From Zygnema circumcarinatum SAG 698-1b (Eukaryota > Plantae > Zygnematophyceae): 64,000 nucleotides of DNA. How positions within the stretch are numbered: position 1 is the first letter of the stretch; every line of letters begins with the position of its first letter. Position numbers and translations under genes: made by a program. The stretch covers positions 558,001 to 622,000 of the forward strand of contig CM074808.1 in the NCBI GenBank assembly GCA_037447605.1, in the 5' to 3' direction. Positions 54,901 to 64,000 of this stretch are shown here, piece after piece. The notes under the pieces are model-generated. The model was not told where the DNA came from. It ran no database searches and saw only the letters and a list, made by a program, of their open reading frames with translations.

Positions 54901-57900
54901 CCTCCTTCCCCACCACCAAGCCCACCTCCACCTCCCTTCTCTCCCTCTCCATCTCCACCTCCCCCGCCCATCTCTCCATCTCCACCTCCACCTTCCCCCC
55001 CATTCCCTCCTGGTAAAGCACCTCCTCCCTCTCCCCCAAGCCCGTCCCCACTGTCTCCCCCATCGTCCCCACCCCCTCCTTCGTTCACTTCTCCTCTCCC
55101 ATCACCACCCTTACCCTTGGAGAAAGCACCTTCTCCACATCTAAGCCCATCGCCGCCTCCTTTTCCATCTCCATCTCCCCCTCCTCCCTCACCACCCCCA
55201 TCCCCTCCTTTCCCTCCAGGTAAGGCACCCCCTCCTGTCCCAAGTCCACCCCCACTACCCTCCTTCCCCCCCATTCCCTCCTGGTAAAGCACCTCCTCCC
55301 TCTCCCCCAAGCCCACCACCACCCCCCACACTTCTCTCTCCATCCCCACTTACTTTCCCTTTATCCCCTCTGTTCCCTTCTGGGAATGCACCACCTCCCT
55401 TACCACCACCAAGCCCACCTCCACCTCCCCCTCCCCTCTCTCCATCTCCACCCCCACCTTTCCCCTCATTCCCTCCTGGCACAGCACCTCCTCCCTCTCC
55501 CCCAAGCCCACCACCACCTCCCCCTCTTCTCTCTCCATCCCCAATTACTTCCCCTCCATCCCCTCCTTTCCCTCCTGGGAATGCACCATCTCTCTCTCCG
55601 CCACCAAGCCCACCTCCACCTCCCTTCTCCCCTCTCTCCATCTCCACCTCCCCCGCCCACCTTCCCCCTCCATTCCCTCCTGGTAAAGCACCTCCTCCCT
55701 CTCCCCCAAGCCCACCACCATCTCCCCCTCTTCTCTCTCCATCCCCACCTACTTTCCCTCCATCCTCTCCTTTCCCTCCTGGGAATTCATCACCTCCCTC
55801 TGCACCACCAAGCCCACCTCCACCTCCCCCTCCCCTCTCTCCATCTCCACCCCCACCTTCCCCCCCATTCCCTCCTGGCAAAGCACCTCCTCCCTCTCCC
55901 CCAAGCCCACTACCACCTCCCCCTCTTCTCCCTCCATCACCACCTACTTTCCCTCCATTCCCTCCCTTCCCTCCTGGGAATGCATCACCTCCCTCTCCAC
56001 CACCAAGCCCACCTCCACCTCCCCCTCCCCTCTCTCCATCCCCAACTACTTTCCCTCCATCCCCTCCTTTCCCTCCTGGGAATGCACCACCTCTCTCTCC
56101 GCCACCAAGCCCACCTCCACCTCCCTTCCTCCCTCTCCATCTCCACCTCTCCATCCTCCACCTTCCTCCACCTTCCCCCCCATTCCCTCCTGGTAAAGCA
56201 CCTCCTCCCTCGCCCCCAAGCCCACCTCCACCTCCCTTCTCTCCCTCTCCATCTCCACCTCCCCCGCCCATCTCTCCATCTCCACCTCCACCTTCCCCCC
56301 CATTCCCTCCTGGTAAAGCACCTCCTCCCTCGCCCCCAAGCCCACCTCCACCTCCCTTCTCTCCCTCTCCATCTCCACCTCCCCCGCCCATCTCTCCATC
56401 TCCACCTCCACCTTCCCCCCCATTCCCTCCTGGTAAAGCACCTCCTCCCTCGCCCCCAAGCCCACCTCCACCTCCCTTCTCTCCCTCTCCATCTCCACCT
56501 CCCCCGCCCATCTCTCCATCTCCACCTCAACCTTCCCCCCCATTCCCTCCTGGTAAAGCACCTCCTCCCTCGCCCCCAAACCCACCACCACCTCCCCCTC
56601 TTCTCTCTCCATCCCCACCTACTTTCCCTCCATTCCCTCCCTTCCCTCCTGGGAATGCATTACCTGCCTCTCCACCTCCAAGCCCACCCCCTCCTCCCCT
56701 CTCTCCATCTCCACCCCCACCTTCCCCACCATTCCCTCCTGGTAAAGCACCTCCTCCCTCTCCCCCAAGCCCACCATCACCTCCCCCTCTTCTCTCTCCA
56801 TCCCCACCTACTTTCCCCCCATCCTCTCCTTTCCCTCCTGGGAATGCATCACCTCCCTCTCCACCACCAAGCCCACCTCCATCTCCCCCTCCCCTCTCTC
56901 CATCCCCAACTACTTTCCCTCCATCCCCTCCTTTCCCTCCTGGGAATGCACCACCTCTCTCTCCTCCACCAAGCCCACCTCCACCTCCCTTCTCTCCCTC
57001 TCCATCTCCACCTCCCCCGCCCATCTCTCCATCTCCACCTCCACCTTCCCCCCCATTCCCTCCTGGTAAAGCACCTCCTCCCTCGCCCCCAAGCCCACCA
57101 CCACCTCCCCCTCTTCTCTCTCCATCCCCACCTACTTTCCCTCCATCCTCTCCTTTCCCTCCTGGGAATGCATCACCTCCCTCTCCACCTCCAAGCCCAC
57201 CTCCCCCTCCCCTCTCTCCATCTCCATCTCCACCTTCCTCCCCATCCCCAAGCCCACCACCACCTCCCCCTCTTCTCTCTCCATCCCCACCTACTTTCCC
57301 TCCATCCTCTCCTTTCCCTCCTGGGAGTGCATCACCTCCCTCTCCACCTCCAAGCCCACCTCCCCCTCCCCTCTCTCCATCTCCACCTCCACCTTCCTCC
57401 CCATTCCCTCCTGGTAAAGCACCTCCTCCCTCTCCTCCAAGCCCAACACCACCTCCTCTTCTCTCTTCATCCCCACCTGCTTTTCCTTCATCCTCTCCCT
57501 TCCCTCCTGGGAAAGGATCACCACCTCCACTCCCAAGCCCTGCACCATCTCCTCCTTCTCCATTCCCTCTCCTTAATCCGCCTCCAGCGCCTCCATTCCT
57601 CTCTGGTAAGGCACCCTCTCACTCTTCGCCCCTCAGCTCAAGATCTTCTCTTTTTCCACTTCATTCACCTGAACCCCTCCTTTGCCTCCTGGGAGACAGC
57701 TTCCTTTTGAACCTCCATCTTGCCTATTCCATCTCCTGCCCCCCCACCATCCTTTCCTCCTCTCTCTCCTCCACTTCCTTTTCCCTCTCGGAAAGGGAGC
57801 CTCCTTCACTCAATTCCCCTTCTAGCTCGTCCTTCGCTATCCCTCTCATCCACGCCCCGTGCTTTCCCTCTACCTGCGGAACAGACTCCTATTTCTCCAT

Positions 57901-60900
57901 CCCTGAACCCTTCGCTCCTTCCTTCTCCTCCATCCTCAACCCTAACCCCTCCATCTCTCCATCGCCTCCTTTTCCTTTCGGGATGGCACATCCCTTTTTT
58001 TTAACCCTCTTGGGTTTCAGTCCCTCCTTTCTCTCCTTCATCCCATTTCCTTCCTTCATTTTCTTCACCCCCTCTTACAACCGAACTGGCGCTCCCTATT
58101 TCTTCCCCCATCCTCACCCTCCTCTTCCCCCAACCTCACCCTCTCTTTTCCCTTTCAGGAAGGCACTCCCTCTTTCTCCACCTCCTAGCGCGTCACCCCG
58201 TCCTCCCTCAGCTATTGCCTTAACCTCAACTCTGCCCTCTTCTCCCTCTATCCCTTCCTTTCCCTGCTAGGGAAGGACGACCTCTTCCTCCACCTACCCT
58301 CTCACCATCTCCTCCCTCTTCCTTCCGCAACCCCTCCCTTCCCTTCTTTCTCTCTCGATAAGGAAATCCCACTTTCTCCAACACCTCTTGTTACTTGGTC
58401 CATCCCCTGGCCCTCCGTCTTCTCTTCCTCAACCCTCCCTTCCACGCCCTCGAAGAAGAGAGCCCCTTCCTTCTCCACCCACTGTCTTATCACTACTTCA
58501 ACTCTCCCCCTCTCGCCCCACCCTCTCCTTTCCTTTTACCTCCACTACTACCCCCCGCAGAAGAAAATTCCCGTCGTTTCCCTCCACCTCTCCTTTCCTA
58601 CATCCTCCTTTCTAATTCCCAAACCCATTTCACCCTATCCTGCCTTCCCCCTTCTCCTGTTTTTGTCGTTGGCAAGAAACTACTTCCTACTTGTCCTTNN
58701 NNNNNNNNCCCCCCCCCTTTTACCTCCATTTTTCCCTTCTCCACTTTCTTTTTCGTTGTTTTTTCCTTCCGTCCTTATCTTCCCAGAAGGAAAGTCCCCC
58801 CATTTTCCCGCAAGCCCATTGCTATCTCTACCCTGTTGTTCGCTTTCCCTGGCCTTTCCTTTTCCCCCCTCTCACCTCCTTTTCTCTCTGGTAAAGCTTG
58901 CTTTTTTCTCCCATCCCCTAAACCCATCCCTTCAGCAGGTAGATCTCTTTACCCTTTTGGTTTGAAGATCAGCATGCTTAGCCTCCCATTCCCTTCCGTC
59001 CGATCCCTTCTATTCGCTGCTAGTTCCTTCTGTTCTCTGTTCAGATTATCGCTTCCAACAGTAAATCATTTACTACCATTTGTTGCGCATCTCCTTGCAA
59101 TTGGACAAGGATAAGGTCATTTTTACTTTGCCATTATTAAAAAGGGGTCTATTTCAAAATGTCTAACGTCCAATATGACGGACTCACCTTCGCTCCCCGT
59201 CAACAAGCTTGTCCTCCTTTCGGTGACTTTTTCTGAGTCAAATTGCGTATATTCATTTGCTTCTTTGACTCTGCTGTGAATTTGCTCAGATGTGGGATGA
59301 GGATATGTACGTCACGGTTCAAATACTGTTTCATTCGTTATTGCCTCTGGTGTTCTGCGATCTATTTTTCGCGCAGTGCAAGAAAGACTTATTCACTTTC
59401 TCGTATTGTGGCTGTTTGCAGCAAGTCCGCCTCCTTCACCTCCGCCCCCTTCGCCTCCACCGCTACCGCCTTTCCCTCCCGGTAAGGCACCACCACCTTC
59501 TCCACCTCCGCCGCCATCTCCTCCACCCCCATCACCCCCTCCACCACCTCCGTCACCTCCTCCACCATCTCCACCACCCCCCTCACCGCCACCATCACCC
59601 CCACCACTACCGCCTTTCCCTCCCGGTAAGGCACCACCACCTTCTCCACCTCCGCCGCCATCTCCTCCACCCCCATCACCCCCTCCACCACCTCCGTCAC
59701 CTCCTCCACCATCTCCACCACCCCCCTCACCGCCACCATCACCCCCACCACTACCGCCTTTCCCTCCCGGTAAGGCACCACCACCTTCTCCACCTCCGCC
59801 GCCATCTCCTCCACCCCCATCACCCCCTCCACCACCTCCGTCACCTCCTCCACCATCTCCTCCACCTCCATCACCCCCCCCACCACCTCCTTCACCTCCT
59901 CCACCATCTCCACCACCCCCCCTCCTTCACCTCCTCCACCATCTCCACCACCCCCCTCGCCGCCACCATCACCCCCACCACTACCGCCTTTCCCTCCCGG
60001 TAAGGCACCACCACCTTCTCCACCTCCGCCGCCATCTCCTCCACCCCCATCACCCCCTCCACCACCTCCGTCACCTCCTCCACCATCTCCACCACCCCCC
60101 TCACCGCCACCATCACCCCCACCACTACCGCCTTTCCCTCCCGGCAAGGCACCGCCACCTTCTCCACCTCCGCCACCATCTCCTCCACCTCCATCACCCC
60201 CCCCACCGCCTCCTTCACCTCCTCCACCATCTCCACCACCCCCCTCGCCGCCACCATCACCCCCACCACTACCGCCTTTCCCTCCCGGCAAGGCACCGCC
60301 ACCTTCTCCACCTCCGCCACCATCTCCTCCACCTCCATCACCCCCCCCACCGCCTCCTTCACCTCCTCCACCATCTCCACCACCCCCCTCGCCGCCACCA
60401 TCACCCCCACCACTACCGCCTTTCCCTCCCGGCAAGGCACCGCCACCTTCTCCACCTCCGCCACCATCTCCTCCACCCCCATCACCCCCTCCACCACCTC
60501 CGTCACCTCCTCCACCATCTCATCACCCCCCCCACCACCTCCTTCACCTCCTAGGCTCCTCCACCATCTCCTCCACCTCCATCACCCCCCCCACCACCTC
60601 CTTCACCCCCCCCCCCCCCACCACCTCCTTCACCTCCTCCACCATCTCCACCACCGCCTACGCCACCACCATCACCCCCTCCACCATCACCACCTCCACC
60701 ATCTCCACCTGTTCCAGTTGGAACACCTTCACCTCCACCATCACCCCCACTCCTCTCTCCTTCCCCACCTCCACCATCTCCTCCACCTCCCTTCCCTTCC
60801 CCTCCTCCCCCATCACCCCCACCACCATCGCCTCCCGTTCCTGTGGGTACACCTTCACCTCCTCCATCACCCCCACCCCCCTCTCCTTTCCCACCTCCGC

Positions 60901-62792
60901 CATCTCCTCCACCTCCTTCTCCTTCCCCTCCTCCCCCATCACCCCCACCGCCGTCTCCTCCCGTTCCTGTTGGCACCCCTTCACCTCCTCCATCACCACC
61001 ACCTCCTCCACCATCACCCCCACCCCCCTCTCCTTCCCCACCTCCACCGTCGCCTCCACCTCCCTTCCCTTCCCCTCCTCCCCCATCTCCCCCGCCACCA
61101 TCACCTCCCGTTCCGGTCGGCACCCCTTCACCTCCTCCATCACCACCACCTCCTCCTCCATCACCCCCGCCCCCCTCTCCTTTCCCACCTCCGCCATCTC
61201 CTCCACCTCCCTCTCCTTCTCCCCCTCCCCCATCACCCCCACCACCATCACCTCCCGTTCCTGTCGGCACCCCTTCACCTCCTCCATCACCACCACCTCC
61301 TCCACCATCACCCCCGCCCCCCTCTCCTTTCCCACCTCCGCCATCTCCTCCACCTCCCTCTCCTTCCCCACCTCCCCCATCACCCCCACCACCATCACCT
61401 CCCGTTCCTGTCGGCACCCCTTCACCTCCTCCATCACCACCACCACCTCCACCATCACCTCCACCTCCCTCTCCTTCCCCTCCTCCTCCATCACCCCCAC
61501 CACCATCACCTCCCGTTCCTGTCGGCACCCCTTCACCTCCTCCATCACCACCACCTCCTCCACCATCACCCCCGCCCCCCTCTCCTTTCCCACCTCCGCC
61601 ATCTCCTCCACCTCCCTCTCCTTCCCCACCTCCCCCATCACCCCCACCACCATCACCTCCCGTTCCTGTCGGCACCCCTTCACCTCCTCCATCACCACCA
61701 CCTCCTCCACCACCTCCACCCCCCTCTCCTTTCCCACCTCCACCATCACCTCCACCTCCCTCTCCTTCCCCTCCTCCTCCATCACCCCCACCACCATCAC
61801 CTCCCGTTCCTGTCGGCACCCCGGCTCCCCCTCCATCACCCCCTCCTCCACCTCCGTCTCCACCGCCGCCCTCTCCCCCACCGCCTTCTCCACCACCTCC
61901 ACCTCCCTCACCACCCCCGCCCTCCCCCCCACCCCCCTCTCCTCCACCCCCTCCTCCCTCGCCACCCCCTCCATCTCCACCACCCCCCTCTCCTCCACCA
62001 CCACCTCCCTCACCACCCCCTCCCTCTCCCCCACCTCCCTCTCCTCCACCACCACCTCCCTCACCACCCCCTCCCTCTCCCCCACCTCCCTCTCCTCCAC
62101 CACCACCTCCCTCTCCTCCACCACCACCTCCCTCACCACCTCCTCCCTCTCCCCCACCTCCCTCTCCTCCACCCTCTCCTCCCTCACCGCCCCCTCCCTC
62201 TCCCCCACCTCCCTCCCCACCACCCCCTCCTCCCTCACCTCCTCCAACTTCGCCTCCACCTCCCTCTCCTCCCCCTCCACCTCCCTCACCCCCGCCTCCC
62301 TCACCGCCACCTCCTTCCCCACCTCCACCCCCTCTCTGTCCGACCGATTGCCCAGCAAACCCCTTCGACCTCTGCGACTTTTACTTCCTGGGCTATGAGT
62401 TTGAGGTTCCCATTCTGCCCATTGGCTCTTCTGGGCCTGATGAGTCCATCAGCCCCCCCATCTACTTCAACGACACTGGGATCACCATTCCTGTGGAAGT
62501 CGACAACTCCCAGCAGGGCCGCTTCCTTCAATGCCCCGTTCCTGCAAGTGGAGGCTCTGCCGGTGACCAGTTCTATGCTGTTGGCCAAATTGCCCGTGTC
62601 CTTGTTCGCACCTTCCAGACAACTCCCGGTCGGGAGTTCTTTGAGAACCGCTGCGTCCTCCTGCCCTTGGGATCCATTCAGCTCGTCCTCACTATTGATG
62701 GGGTAGAGCGCACTGTCAATGTGCCACCGGACTTCGACCTCCTCCCCACCACTCCGGAGCGCATGTGCGTTATCTTCAAGACCTCGGCTTAA
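48927..62792 (+). CDS. Secreted extensin-like proline-rich glycoprotein with homologous N- and C-terminal globular domains
   Basis: Signal peptide (LAAAVALCAISVLVLTEGAAA). Exons 48927-49192, 49860-50055, 50363 to an undetermined donor, and last exon 59422-62792. SP3-5 rod with PPGKAPP and PVPVGTP repeats. The two terminal ~140-aa domains align. Frameshifts lie in C homopolymers, and an N gap at 58699 leaves the single-gene model unproven. Confidence 0.8.
51176..54300 (+). repeat. Coding tandem repeat, 123-bp unit, ~25 copies
   Basis: Unit encodes PPGKAPPPSPPPSPSPPPPSPPPPSPPPPFPPPSPPPLPPF (41 aa). The GGGAAAGCA anchor recurs every ~123 bp (51182, 51305, ...). Confidence 0.9.
59475..61830 (+). 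repeat. Coding tandem repeats: 144-bp PPGKA unit (~7 copies), then ~110-165-bp PVPVGTP unit (~9 copies)
   Basis: GK anchors at ~59481, 59625, 59769, 59999, 60143, 60287 and 60431. VGTP anchors run from ~60717 to ~61812. Confidence 0.85.
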
Positions 62793-64000
62793 AGCCATTG
62801 AGAGAACGAACGGGGGACCGGGCGGCAGTCAAGCTGGCTGGCAGCTTCCTGGAAGCTTCCTTGCAGCCCTCAGCAGCTGTGGCTGGGGTCGTTTTCTACG
62901 TGTCTTGTGTACGTTGGTGTGTGAAAGTTCAAGGCAGAAGGTCCGTTCCTTTCCTTGGAACGGCAATGTTCCTGGTAATAACGGCTGTTCCTTGGGTGGG
63001 TGGCTATAGAGGTGGGTGATAGCTGTAGTGGTAGGAAGTTTATCGAGGTAGGGGCCTTGTTTGCAGGTCGGTTGTTTGATTTTTTGTTCCTTTGTTTCAA
63101 TAGCTCGAGATCCTATTGTTGATTACTCTTCAACTTCGTCTCAAAATGATTTTGTTCAATTGGTTTAGTGTTTTGACTATTTTTGGTGTTGAGGTTTTTG
63201 GGTTTTACGGCGTATGCCGATCTTGCTGCATTGCACGAAAGCCCGTGATGTGATGCACTTGATCGTCTCATTCGAGCACATTGGTTGACATGATTTAATT
63301 TCATAAACTGGCCTTGATGTGATATACTGGATGTGGTGTGATCAATCGGTTGGGACATGGTCAGCGAAGTGTCGTGTTTGGCTGTCTAAAATTTGAATGT
63401 TGCATTGCGAATCATCTCCCTATTTGGATGGGTGTTCTGCATGTGACGGGTTTGGATGTCACGAACTGTATACGCAGTCGCTGGTCTCTGCAGCCATGCA
63501 GGAAATTTGGGACAGGAGAACAGGAATAGACTGATGAATAACAGTGACTTCTTAGCCATTAGCTGCCTCGAAGGAATTCAGAACCAGTCGGTTAAAGCAC
63601 GAGCTTCTCGTGTCTGTCTCATCTCACTTCAACACGACGCCGTACTTTAGGACATGGCCCTAAAGTCAGTCACACCTTCCACTTTAGTCTGAGTCTTAGT
63701 AAGAATGTGCTCATGAGGTGACTAACACCTGCCGTTGTAGCACGCGTGACGGGCAGTTGAGTGGCTATTTCTAGTTACTGTATTCTGACCAGGGACAGGT
63801 CTGAGGCGGCGATCATTGGAAAGAGCGCCCCACCTCATGTCCGTTGATCCTGACTTGAGAGTACGTCCAATGGCCACATTGGCCTGGCCTTACTTTTGTA
63901 TGACTGGTCGACCACGGCTTTCCAATACAAAATTGGTCCATTTGGTATTATGCGAAATTGTATGGGGGAGAGGAAATAGCAGAGGATGTGGCATTGGTCT

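Noticed and set aside
50231-57710. Mucin-like (WESTTSFPTTK) and His/Leu-rich segments in the long ORFs
   Set aside because: They are the +1/+2 frames of the same 123-bp Pro repeat, entered through single-base indels in C runs, most likely assembly errors.
50476-62358. Long Gly-rich and Glu/Val-rich minus-strand ORFs
   Set aside because: Antisense shadows of the Pro/Ser repeats.

Overview
Eukaryotic genomic DNA with spliceosomal introns, from the green lineage. The GS1, COBRA-like and SP3-5 extensin-like genes suggest a streptophyte, possibly a zygnematophycean alga; this is inference. Bases 1-14630 are an indel-riddled nest of LTR retrotransposons: two related Ty1/Copia elements, an inverted Copia fragment, a chromodomain-bearing Ty3/Gypsy and an opposite-strand Gypsy pol. 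After an N gap come a 14-exon cytosolic glutamine synthetase (+), a cationic amino-acid transporter (-), a possible relic spliced gene, a CRE-clade non-LTR retroelement fragment, a divergent COBRA-like gene (+), an ACOT9-like acyl-CoA thioesterase (+) and a DOMON-less cytochrome b561 (-). The last gene is a ~14 kb secreted proline-rich glycoprotein gene (+). Its SPn rod is capped at both ends by two copies of the same ~140-aa Cys-containing globular domain, which I cannot assign to a named family. This dumbbell protein, with possible splice-tuned rod length, is the most interesting object here. A dispersed 17-bp palindrome (AATGGTTG-S-CAACCATT) occurs at three intergenic sites, once as an array interleaved with (ATTCC)n.
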